The notes under the pieces were generated by a model. It did no database searches and had not been told where the DNA came from. It saw only the letters and a list, made by a program, of their open reading frames with translations. Shown one piece after another: positions 1 through 11,549 of a DNA stretch of 64,000 nt (its first letter is position 1; each line of letters starts with the position of its first letter). Both the position numbers and the translations under genes were made by a program. The stretch is taken from the NCBI RefSeq assembly GCF_004010195.1, contig NW_025215381.1:279504-343503 (forward strand), given 5' to 3'. This stretch comes from Chiloscyllium plagiosum. Taxonomy: Eukaryota.

Positions 1-461
1 CCAGCCCATATCCCTCCAAACCCTTCCTATTCATATACCCATCCAAATGCCTCTTAAATGTTACAATTGTACCAGCCTCCACCACTTCCTCTGGCAGCTC
101 ATTCCATACACGTACCACCCTCTGTGTGAAAAAGTTGTCCCTTAGGTCTCTTTTATATTTTTCCCCTCTCACCCTAAACCTATGCCCTCTAATTCTGGAC
201 TCTCCCACCCCAGGGAAAAGACTTTGTCTATTTACCCTATCCATGCCCCTCATAATTTTGTAAACCTCTATGAGGTCACCCCTCAGCCTCTGATGCTGCA
301 GGGAAAACAGCCCCAGCCTGTTCAGCCTCTCCCTATAGCTCAAATCCTCCAACCCTGGCAACATCCTTGTAAATCTTTTCTGAACCCTTTCAAGTTTCAC
401 AACATCTTTCCAATAGGAAGGAGACCAGAACTGCATGCAATATTCCAACAGTGGCCTAACC
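1..461 (-). mobile_element. CR1-clade LINE 3' fragment (RT C-terminus and 3' UTR)
   Basis: The reverse complement matches the CR1 3' region seen repeatedly in this window (LVRPLLEYCMQFWSP...LERVQKRFTRML). Confidence 0.85.
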
Positions 462-1569
462 AATAAAAATATTGTTTACCTTGAAATTATGACAGTAAAC
501 GTAAACATTGCAAACAACGTAGGTTTGGGATCAATTTGTGATCAACAAGTTATCAATTGTATCTTGGAAAAGCACTTTCAAGATATGACTGGGCAAACAA
601 TGGACACCACAAAAAGAATAGTTACTTGATTTTAGAGCTGTCAACTTTTTGAGGCACAATCAAGTCACTGAGAAGCAAGGAGATGGAATGTCCATAAACA
701 ACAAGCATAGGGGTGAAATGGTAACACATTATTTCTAAGAGCAATATTAAACCTTAGTAATTGACAGATTGGGGGAATTCAGCGTAGAGAGGAGTAAAGT
801 TTAATGTAGAGCAATACACTGCCATATGACTTGAGAAGTTTTGTATGTTTCTATCAGGTATGTTAATGGAGATTAGCAGGTGAATGATTCCGGGTAAAAT
901 GTTAGCAGAGATTGAGAACTGATCGATGGACAGAGCAGGAGTAATAGTCACATTTCAATTTTGGGGCAACAGGTGAATAAATACCTGGGACTCCAATACA
1001 AACAATTTATTGTTTGGGCGAGAAGGTAGCATTGAGTGTGAGTTATCCATGTAGCCAGATGACAATGGTGATGTGTTTGGATGAAAACACAATGAAGTGA
1101 TGAAGGAAGATGGACAGATGGCTTGTGTGATCCAGAAGATGGAATGTACTGGTGAACTGCAAATAAAAAGAACACTTTGGCAGTGGAACTATAAAACAAA
1201 GACAGAATATTCCTTGAAATGTGAGTGACTGAGATATATTTAGGCTATACCTGGAAAGAAGGTAAGTTAACAACAAACAAAGATGTTAATTAGCAGTGTG
1301 AAATGATGTGCAATATTTAGTTATAGAAGGATTACACTCGAAAAGCACTAGACTTTAGTGAGATGATAGCGGGCATTAATGAACCATAAGTGGAATGTGG
1401 CATGAGTCTGAGAAAGTATATTATTGTCTCAGCAATAAATCTCCATTGGAAGCAGGCGATAGTGTGTGAGGTGATATTACTGACTTAGGTTTAGCTGAGA
1501 ATCCTATTTTTGAAAATGATTTAAATCCCATAAAACTTTAGTTGAAAGTGTAAAGGAATCCATGATGGC

Positions 1570-1830
1570 AGAAATTACGCTCACAGCTAGAATATTAATA
1601 TGGATAGACAGTTCAGATTCTGATCAAAGATAACGTCCAGAAGCTTGACACTGAAGATTTCAACGATGAAAATATCATTGACAGTCAAGGGGTGATGGTT
1701 AGAGTCTCTGTTAGTGATAGTCAATCTATGGCACATGTGTAGCACGATTAAGATCATCTTTAGAGAAGGGAATGAACAACATCTTGAAGTTTTGATTTCC
1801 TGGAATTTCAGACAGGGGTTCATAATTGAA
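1570..1830 (-). mobile_element. Old degenerate non-LTR retrotransposon RT fragment (CR1/L2-like)
   Basis: The minus translation VKLLDVIFDQNLNC resembles the LG(V/I)xxDxxLxW motif after the RT core. Confidence 0.45.
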
Positions 1831-2159
1831 AACCAAAGTTGCAGGCAGCAATAGTTACTTAAATTTTAAAAAAAGGTAGAAAGGGGGATATATTAGATCT
1901 ACAAAGGCACATCCATAATGTTCAAAAACTGCAACATGATATTACCTATGTTGCGAGAACTCAGGGAGGAAAATTGTACATGTTGGAGGCAAGATCCCAG
2001 TAAGTTGAAAACAAAAATCAGAATGCAAAAACAGTAAGTAATATTATGAGCCCTTACATAATTTGTGACATAGTCAGTGAAATTGCACGAATACTCTACT
2101 TCAGACTTTAAATATATAACAATTTTAACCAGTCTGTAACAGTCCAAAGGTATAGCTGC

Positions 2160-3127
2160 TGAAGATCTACGACCCCTCAAGAGGGGCCTCTTGGTTCAAG
2201 ATCGGTCAAAGAATCGACAAATGTGGTCTATTCAAAAAGCAAGGGTCATCAGTTTATTTAATTAAGGTACTTTGATGCAATTCTATCCAGCAACACCGAG
2301 ATTGAAGCTTCTGTGTTCCATGGTGAAGTTGCGCAATTACATTTCAAAATTACACATTAGATTAGATTACTTACAGTGTGGAATCAGGCCCTTCGGCCCA
2401 ACAAGTTCACATTGCCCCGCCGAAGCGCAACCCACCCATACCCCTACATTTACCCCTTACCTAACACTACGGGCAATTTAGCATTGCCAATTCACCTGAC
2501 CTGCACATCTTTGGACTGTGGGAGGAAACCGGAGCACCCGGAGGAAACCCACACAGACACGGGGAGAACGTGCAAACTCTACACAGTCAGTCGCCTGAGG
2601 CGGGAATTGAACCCGGGTCTCCGGTGCTGTGAGGCAGCAGTGCTAGCCACTGTGCCACCGTGCCCCCCATTATTTATATGTTTTTTAGTAATAGTACAAC
2701 CTTAATCACAAGAATGACCAATCACATATAATAAGATGACATGATTTACAACAAGTTAATCCAATGATATTTCCTGGGAAAGGGTTCTTAATTACAAAAA
2801 ATGTCCAATCAACTGTAATATGGTGATGTTATTGAAGGCAGGCTAATCCAGTGGTATTTTCTTTAAGAAGGATTTCTTATTTACATAAATTGTCATGCCA
2901 TGTATCAGTTCAAGGTTAGTTCAAATGGTCAATTAATGTGTCAGTATTCATCTTATGAAAACTCGATTGTCCTCTTATCTTTCAACTGTAAGTTAATTCT
3001 GCAAATCAGTATGTTCCGCAGTATGGTTCACAGGCCATTTTATAGTATTCTTTTAAATCGAGAAACCATTTTGTTATAATAAAAATCTACATATTTTTGT
3101 TGCCTAAATTCAAATTTTAGATCCTCA
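2160..3127 (-). mobile_element. ERV 3' LTR (interrupted by a SINE)
   Basis: TG...CA inverted termini, immediately preceded on the minus strand by a PPT. Aligns end to end with 26435-27075 once the SINE is removed. Minus-strand AATAAA near 2253 and TATAAAT near 2672-2678. Confidence 0.93.
2357..2667 (-). mobile_element. tRNA-derived V-SINE (HE1-like), full length, inserted in the 3' LTR
   Basis: Pol III A/B boxes, V-domain GTTTGCACGTTCTCCCCGTGTCTG, CR1-like 3' end and (TAATC)n tail. It is absent from the 5' LTR. Confidence 0.93.
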
Positions 3128-3138
3128 TTCCCCCCTTT
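3128..3138 (-). other. Polypurine tract
   Basis: Minus strand AAAGGGGGGAA directly abuts the TG start of the 3' LTR. Confidence 0.88.
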
Positions 3139-3175
3139 GTCATTTTATGACCACACCATAAAGGCACAGATCAAA

Positions 3176-4878
3176 TTAATCCAATTCAATGGCAGCAAAA
3201 GACCGCCATACTTCCTCTTCCTCCGAAGGGGAATCAAGGGCAGGCAATGGTGTTTCCTCATCTTCATTTAAGTGGAGAAGAAACATTTTCTGGGTGGAGC
3301 CAATATTGTCAGTACAAGTTAATATTTTAGCAATAATGCACTTAATAATGCACTTTTAGCAATACCAATAAAAAGGCCAATTAAAATAATAGCACCACAC
3401 ACAGCCATATTAATTAGCCAGTTGTACCATGAACCAAAACCCCAATCTCTCCCTTCCTGCACCTTCGTTCATTTGGCTGACAAAAGTGCGTATATTATTA
3501 ATATGTGTAGTAATGTTTTCAATAAGATCAGTGACCCCCAAAATGCATTTTTCTTTAACTATAGCACAAACTCCACCTTCTTTCGCAAGTATGTAATCAA
3601 GGGCATATCGGTTTTGTTGAGCAAATAGGCACAATTCTGAAAGCATGTCTCTAATTTCTATTAAGGCAGCACTTGTCTCATTTCCCAAAGTTGTGAGTTC
3701 GCAAATCAAATAATTACGATTTTGATGACTAATAATTCCTGAAGACCCTCCTAATGAAAGAACACTAAGAGCTGCATATGCTATTGAGTGAGTTTTGCTT
3801 CTTGATACGGCCTTTGGATTCTTCCATTCTGCATAGAAGTCAGGAGAAACTGAACGTTTAAAAGGGGAATTATGATCTCGTTGCCAGGTAATTGGACAGG
3901 GAACAGTAGTTGGAAAGAGTGTTCCTACAGCTACGGCACGAGTACTTGCTTCATTTAGGACAAGGTAGTTAGATGCTTTATTATAACTGAAAGAAAAGAA
4001 ATCCTAGTTTGGTAAAGATAATAGAGGGACCTTCCCAGTAAGAAGCGGGCCTATCCGTGTGACTTTCTGGAGTATGTGGATAGCCCATGATTACATAATT
4101 TGGGCCTGGGTGTTGAGGGTGAAAATCATCTAATCGAATAAGATGAGTTTCCTAATAAGAAACATGGTCGAGATCCCAAAATTGTTCTACCCATCCAATA
4201 ATTGGGAAAATATTAGTGCTGTTAGAGGTATCATAATGAAGGTGGGTGTTGTTACCTGCTCCACATAGAGTTTGAATTCCAGTGGGAATAGAGACACATT
4301 TTTTGTTAAGGCATACACATGAGATGCGAAGTCCTTCAGATATGTCCTGTAAATACTTTAGTACTGTTCCATATCCCCATATTAGGATTGGGCAAGATAA
4401 AAGGGGTAAAAGAATCTCTAGTTGAAGTAGGAGCATAACAAACTACCTCACCTTCTGCAAATATGTTATGATGGGTTTTTAAAAACAAATTATAGATTAA
4501 AAATAACATTCCCCCTTTGTCTCTTTTATTATATGACCTATTTAAATGAGGACAAGGCTTATCCAGGTTTTCGATAGTACAACTGAAATCAAATTTACGC
4601 ATAACACCTTGATGAGGTAAAGACCATCTGGAGTTTTTCTGCAAATGGACTGTTCGATCTTTTTGATGCAGTTGTCCATTATGACAATCATCGTGGGTAA
4701 TGTTCCATTCATCGAAGGAATCAATCTCTCGGCACACAAGAATGTCATCCTGACATTGGTGGTATACAGTCTCTTGTTGTCCAGGATCACAATTATAGAT
4801 GGTCCCCTCTTGTATACTAATACCGGCCAAGGCAAGTCCATAAATTAGGATGAAAGTAATTCTAATCCTGGTAGTCAT
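3176..4878 (-). pseudogene. env: ERV envelope (SU-TM), frameshifted
   Basis: Signal-peptide-like MTTRIRITFILIYGLALAG, Cys-rich SU, basic KR|SV site, hydrophobic fusion-peptide-like stretch, immunosuppressive domain QNRYALDYILAKEGGVC followed by CX6C, and a hydrophobic anchor. Split across several ORFs. Confidence 0.9.
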
Positions 4879-5047
4879 TTCTGTAGCAAGTTAAAATATC
4901 TAAAACAAAAAGAAAATTACAAATCGAGAGGGCAACTATGACCTATTGATCTGGTTCCGACTTCTTTTCTCCATTTTTAAAAATTCCTCACAGTCTAATT
5001 ATCTTTATTATTTTGTTATCAACTCTCATTTTCTTCATCATATCTTA

Positions 5048-8000
5048 TCATCTCCCCCCACCCCCACTCGCCCTTCTTAGATAGATTTCCAATAACCTTA
5101 CAATCATGGATGTAAATCCATGCAGATCTCCCTGCAACTTTGGCAGCAGTAGGGGTAGTGAGGACGACTTGAAAGGGTCCTTCCCATCAGGGTTGTAGGC
5201 CATGGCGCATCCAATTTTTAACAAGGACAAAAGTTTAATATTGTGAAGTCCTTCAAGAGAGGGGAGTTTTTCATAAGCTACACGAACTCTAGAATGAAGT
5301 CGTCACAAAATTTTAGTCAGGGAAAGTACATAAGAAGTCATATCATCCGTCATATGGTGAAAGTGGACAGGGGCAATGATATCGTTTCAGGGCATACGAA
5401 AAACTTGGCCATAAATTATTTCGGCGGGGGATAAACGAGTCTTCCCAACTGGCATGCAGCATAGATGAAATAGTGCAAGTGGCAATTGTTTAACCCAGAA
5501 AAGTCCTGTTTCTGAAGTTAATTTTGCAAGTTTAGTTTTCAGAGTTTGGTTACAGCATTCCACAAGGCCCGCAGCCTGTGGGTGATATGCACAATGAAGT
5601 TGACGTCTGATGACAAATTGAGAGCACAATTCTTCATTTATATCACCAATAAAATGAGGACCATTATCTGAAGACAGGCAAAGAGGAATACCAAAACAGG
5701 GAATAACTTCCTTAAGCAGGATACTTACAACAGTTTTCACAGTCGGGTTTGAAGTAGGATAAGCCTCAATCCATTTAGAGAAAACATTTCAATAAAACAT
5801 TTCAATAAAATCTAATTGAAGAGTCTGAAAAGGTCCCTCAGGGAGGGGTGCCTGACCCGCAGGGCAAGGAATACCTTTCCCAGGATTGTGTTCCTGACAT
5901 GTCAGGCATCCATCGCTTAAGCCATCTTCTGCTGGAGGCGAGGATGCCACCAGGTATTCAAAAGCAAATCAGACGTTGAATGAGCACCACAGTGAGTAGC
6001 ATTATGAATACAATCAACTACCCATAAAACAAGTTCATTTGACATACAAATCTGTCCAGCTGGAGTGGTCCATAGTTTAGTAACAGGATTACAATAACAG
6101 CCGGCTTTAGACCACAACTGCCTTTCAGATTCAGAGGCATCCCTCTGCAAGGTAACTACACCTTGAATGGTTGGCATTAGTTTATCCAAGGCAGACTTAT
6201 TCTTGTCAGAACTTTCAGTCTGACTCATCATCTTAGGCCCAATCATTAGGCAGTTACAAGCTGCTTGTTTTGCAGCTGTGTCAGCAGCACGGTTACCAAT
6301 ATCAACAAAGTTTTGGCCTTTTCCATGAGCAGTACACGTTATAGCAGATACCTGTTCTGGAAGAAAGAGCGCAGTTAGAAGGTCTCATATTAATTGTCGG
6401 TGAGAGATGGGAGTACCAGATGATGTTAAAAATTCCCTGTTACTCCAAAGTTGCCCAAAATCATGTACAACACTAAAAGCATATCACGAATCAGTATAAA
6501 TGTTAATGCGGAACCCTAACCCTAGAATACAAGCACGAATGAATGCAAAAAGTTCGGCTTGCTGAGCTGAAAAAGGGCTATCAAAGGCAGCTAGAAAGAT
6601 AGAGCCACAGTCATCAACTATTGCGTAACCTGAAAGACGAGTTCCTGTATGGTCAATAAAGGAACTTCCATCTGTGAACGTATTGATATCAGGATTGGAG
6701 ATCAGCATATCAGAAAGATCCAGCCGAACTTGGAATCCTCATTTATGAGGAGAAAACAATCATGTTCTGGAGTTAACGATGCTGAAGGAGGATGAGCTAG
6801 AAAAGTAGCTGGATTGATGGTAGTGCAATTCTTAAAAGTCAATCGAGGGTCAATTTTGTTGAACTGCTGTCAAATGCTGAGTTTGCAAATTCCCTAAAAG
6901 GGCAATTACTGAATGTGTACTGTAAATTCTCTGTTGAATTTAAACTGAGGTAAATGGCAGTCAAAATCTGAGTACAACGGGGATGTCCTAAAGCAACAGG
7001 GTCAGGTTTAGTAGAAAAATAGGCAACTGGGTGATGTTTATCTCCATATCGTCGAGTAAGCACTGAAGAAGCACAGTCATCTAAAGTGGTACAATATAAT
7101 TGAAAAGGTCTATCATAAAGAGGTCTTCCAAGAGCTGGAGCTTGTGACAAAGTTTGTTTCAGTTCATTAAAGGCTTGCATTGCTTCTGAGGAAAGGGTAA
7201 ATGTACCCTTGTTGCAAATATATGGGGTTAACTTCATAATGAGGAGAGCTCCATTGGGAATCCATTGTCTACAAAAGTTGACCGTGCCCAGTCATTGGCG
7301 CATATGCCTCACAGTAGTTGGGGCTGGAAAGTTGACAATAGGAGTTATGCGGATCTGTTCCAAGGAACGTGAATCAGCTGATATAATAAAACCCAAAAAC
7401 TTGACTTGGTGTAGTGCGATGGAAACTTTCTGTGAGGAGACTACATAACCCAAGTGCTTCAAGTAATTCAGAAGAAGGACAACATCAGATCTATCTGATC
7501 TTCATCAATGCTGGCTACAAGGAGGTCGTCCAAATGTTGAACTAATCCACTTGTTAAGGTTAGACATTTCAATTGTTTCTGTAAGATCTGAGAAAAAAGT
7601 GTTAGAGAATGAACGAAGCCCTGAGGTAGTCGAGTGCACGTTAGCTGCTGTCCATTAAAGGTGAAGGCAAATAAGTACTGGCTGTTCTCATGAAGAGGCA
7701 GTGAGAAAAATACATGTTGAAGATCAGCAACAGCAAAACATTTAGCATCTGAAGGTATAGTTGATAAAATATGAGCTGGGTTTGGAACTAAGGCATGAAG
7801 TGGCTGAACAATGGCATTGATAGCTCTCAAATCTTGAACCATTCTGCATTGATTTGGTTTTCCAGGTTTTGGGACAGCCATAATTGGAGTGTTACGAGGT
7901 GATTGGCATGGGACTAAGATGCCTTGATGGAGGAAGTCTTCTATTAAAGAAGTAATACTATGAATTGCTTGTTGTTTCAGTGGATACTGGTGAATGGATG

Positions 8001-8903
8001 GCAAAATAACATCTGATTTTAAGGCAACTTGAAAAGGTTCACAGTCTGTAAGTCCAACATGAGTGGATGTCTCAGCCCATACATCCGGATTGACTAAGTC
8101 AAGGATATCATGACTCTCATAATACTGAAGTGTAGCACTGCAGGAAGTAGGAGTTGTATAATACTGAAAAGTCATATCTTTTTGAATCGTCTGCAACACA
8201 TAACAATGTGGGTCAGCCTTGGTAATTGCACGGTGAACCATAGGGCCAAGTTCTTTAGCTTAGTGAGGCGGGTTAACTTTTCGAATGATATGAGGTGCTG
8301 ATAAGTCCCCTTGCTTCCATAGATGAGGAGGTATTTCAACTGAATCTGCCTCTTCTTCTGGACCAGTGACATGGGCCAAAATGTGCACAGTCCATTTAGT
8401 TCCAATTAAATCTGTGGAGAAATTTTCAAGAATTTTACCCTGGCCTGTTTGGTCATCAGCAAAGGTAATGTAGTCTCCAGAGTTTTGAGGATCAATATCA
8501 AGTGACCACCGCTGCGGTTAAGTGAATACATACAACTGACATTCGGATGTATCAGAATCAAGCTGGAAACCATCAGGAGAACATGCAAGTTTTACTTGAA
8601 AGGCGCACAGCAAGCCTTGTCCCATCAAGTTGTATGATATTTTGTTTGTAACCACAAAATGATGAAATAGGTAATAACCTTGAAAATAAACAGGAACTAG
8701 TTCAGAAATGGATATTCTTTGCTCCCTCCTTGTAGACCAGACAAACTCTTCATTTGTTTTGAAATTGGCAAGTCCATGTCAGATATTACAGAAGACATTG
8801 AAGCTCCTATGTCAATTAGAAAAGGATATCATTTGTTGTTAACTTAAAGTAGGACTGTAGGTTCCTGCTTAAAAGACAGGACACGTGAAGGAAAATTATG
8901 TAG
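5048..8903 (-). pseudogene. pol: ERV pro-pol (protease, RT, tether/RNase H, integrase), with multiple stops and frameshifts
   Basis: Protease FLIDIGAS (decayed DTG). RT NTPIMAVPKPG, RMVQDLRAIN, LPQGF and HLDDLL (decayed YxDD). RNase H FTDGS and NIYTDS. Integrase HHCC (HNATH...CLTC), QLDFIE, SDNGPHF and YHPQAAGLVE. Confidence 0.95.
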
Positions 8904-10667
8904 TCATTGAGAAAAAGGATTTTATTCTGAGAAAAATTGGTGAATTGTCTTCTTCGTGCTTCTTTTGATATCTTTTTTGGGCAAGCAGTACCCCAATGGT
9001 AAGTACTGCCACAGATAGAGCAGGCTTGGGTCAGGCAGTCACAGACCAAATGATACTGGCGATTACAATTAAAACAGCGAAAAGGCATATTTCTGGATGG
9101 AGGTAATGAGCCCTTTGATTACGCCCATGATCATTGTTCCGGGTAGATACAGAACCTTTATTATTATGCCGGGATGTTTGCTTGGAAGATCCTTCTCGAA
9201 CAACAAATTCCGAATTCACACAAACTTTAGGTTTTTCTTCACTTTGATGTTTCCATAGAACTCTAATAGAACAATGGAGTTGATTAGGAGTGGCTTCAAC
9301 CCATTCCAAGTTATTTGTCTTGATTGCTGTGGCTACAGAGGACAGCAAACAGTTTAATAACATAGAGTCATACTGACTATTAACAGCATTAAAATTTTGG
9401 TCTTGATCTCCAGAACAAGATTCATAGCATTCTCTAAAATATTCCAAAAAGTTCTCAGCAGTCTCTTTATTTTTCGGTCGAAGTTCCAGAATACGAGCAA
9501 GGTCAATAGGTTTTGCCAATACAGCAGATGCAACAGCTAGAATGTTATCTTGTCTTTGTTGCTCCTGAATTATAGCATTAGCAAAATCAGTAAAATTGTT
9601 ATGATTAATGTGTTCAAAAGAAAGGGCATATTCAGAGCGGGTAAAAATGTGCTGTAAAAGAGACCAAAGGTCCTTTGCATTACCATCATAAACCTTAATT
9701 GTAGTATTTAAAAAATCAAAAAATTGCTGACGTACCTTGTGGCGGTCAGGTGCATTACTAATGTTAGACATAATTTCATGGGGCTTCCATGAGCAATAAA
9801 CGCGGATAGTGGCGTTAGGACCAGCAGCTTATGGGTTCGGTAGTTCCCTTGCAGGGAACATTCTTAATGTATCTTCAGAAGAGTTTGGAAATGTTTCTGA
9901 TTGTTGAACATGACACTTACTAATAGATCTGGACTGCATTAAGTTTTTCTTACTTCGGGTATGAAAAGCAATGTGATCTGCATCCTGAAAAGGAGAATGA
10001 GGAACAAGGATCTTTGTAGCTTCAGTAGTGCGTGTTTTAGATCGGGGCATAACTGCTGAACTTACAACAGTTTGAGATTTGGAAGTACAAGGATCATTTA
10101 CAAGTCTGAACTGGGAAGACCTAGAAATGGCTGTGGGGGAGTGACAGGAATTTGAGAATTAAGTGAAACAGCTGTACATTCCAAAGACTGGTCAGCCTGT
10201 AAGGAAGAGTTTGAAAGGGGAGCCGCAAAAAAAGAACACCACTCATCTAAATCTGAAATTTCATTGTCTTCCTCGTTAAAACTAAAGCCAACCATTGCAC
10301 TGTGCAGTTATTTGTTTACCAGTCACTTGTGACTTCCCATTTTGGTGCTGTAATTGTTTTGCTCGAGCACATTCATTTTTAAGAACCTCAACAGACTTCA
10401 TAGCACCATTTGCAGTAAATTCAATCCCCAATTTAGTGGCAGTATCCTGCCATTAGCAGGATTCTTTGTGCCTCTCATCACAAAATTGTCGCCATAGTCC
10501 AATTATCTCTTTTGTTCCTGCTCCCATGTTACATTGCCAAATCAATTGCTGACCTGATTTAACCAATTGAAAAGCTTTTGGGACACCCAATTGCCATTCT
10601 TCATCATTCAATTTTTTGATTAGACCACCAGACAGTTTTCTAAAGGCCTCAGACATTTCAGGAAATT
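8904..10667 (-). pseudogene. gag: ERV gag lacking its first ~20 codons
   Basis: Capsid-like ORF 9031-9771 with an MHR-like segment (LRPKNKETAENFLEYF) and two CCHC knuckles (CFNCNRQYHLVCDC, CSICGSTYHWGTAC), positioned upstream of protease. The N-terminus is truncated relative to the copy at 18932. Confidence 0.88.
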
Positions 10668-11224
10668 GAGGCCCTTGGTATTTGAAGTTATAGGGAACAA
10701 GAGGCCCCCGGTAGTTAGAGTCTATAGGGAGCAAGAGGCCCCCGGTATTGGAAGTCTATGGGGAGCAAGAGGCCCCTGGTATTTGAAGTTATAGAGAGCA
10801 AGAGGCCCCCGGTATTTGAAGTTAGAGGGAGCAAGAGGCCCCCTGTATTGGAAGTCTATGTGGAGCAAGAGGCCCCCAGTATTTGAAGTTATAGGGAGCA
10901 AGAGGCCCCGGTATTTGAAGTTATAGGGAGCAAGAGGCCTCCGGTAGTTAGAGTCTATAGGGAGCAAGAGGCCCCCTGTATTGGAAGTCTATGTGGAGCA
11001 AGAGGCCCCTGGTATTTGAAGTTATAGGGAGTAAGAGGCCCCCAGTATTTGAAGTTACAGGGAGCAAGAGATCCCCAGTATTTGAAGTTTATAGGGAGCT
11101 AGAGCCCCCAGTATTTGAAATTATAGGGAGCAAGAGGGCCCCGGTATTTGAAGTTTATAGGGAGCAAGAGGCCCCGGTATTTGAAGTTATAGGGAGCAAG
11201 AGGCCCCCGGTAGTTAGAGTCTGT

Positions 11225-11549
11225 GGGCGGCACGGTGGCACAGTGGTTAGCACTGCTGCCTCACAGCGCCAGAGACCCGGGTTCAATTCCCGCCTCTAGG
11301 CGACTGACTGTGTGGAGTTTGCACGTTCTCCCCGTGTCTGCGTGGGTTTCCTCCGGGTGCTCCGGTTTCCTCCCACAGTCCAAAAATGTGCAGGTCAGGT
11401 GAATTGGCCATGCTAAATTGCCCATAGTGTTAGGTAGGGGGTAAATGTAGGGGTATGGGTGGGTTTCGCTTCGGCGGGTCGGTGTGGACTTGTTGGGCCG
11501 AAGGGCCTGTTTCCACACTGTAAGTAATCTAATCTAATCTAATCTAATC
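11225..11549 (+). mobile_element. HE1-like V-SINE, full length, young
   Basis: GGGCGGCACGGTGGCACAGTGG start, B box GGTTCAATTCC, V-domain and (TAATC)n tail. Confidence 0.95.

Noticed and set aside
462..1560. Cys-containing minus-strand ORFs, possibly an old env remnant or exon
   Set aside because: No recognisable motif or consistent frame; a homology search is needed.
3176..4878. Domesticated syncytin-like env
   Set aside because: The frame is broken by frameshifts and stops.
11225..11300. tRNA genes at SINE heads
   Set aside because: The A/B boxes continue into the V-domain and LINE tail, so these are SINEs.
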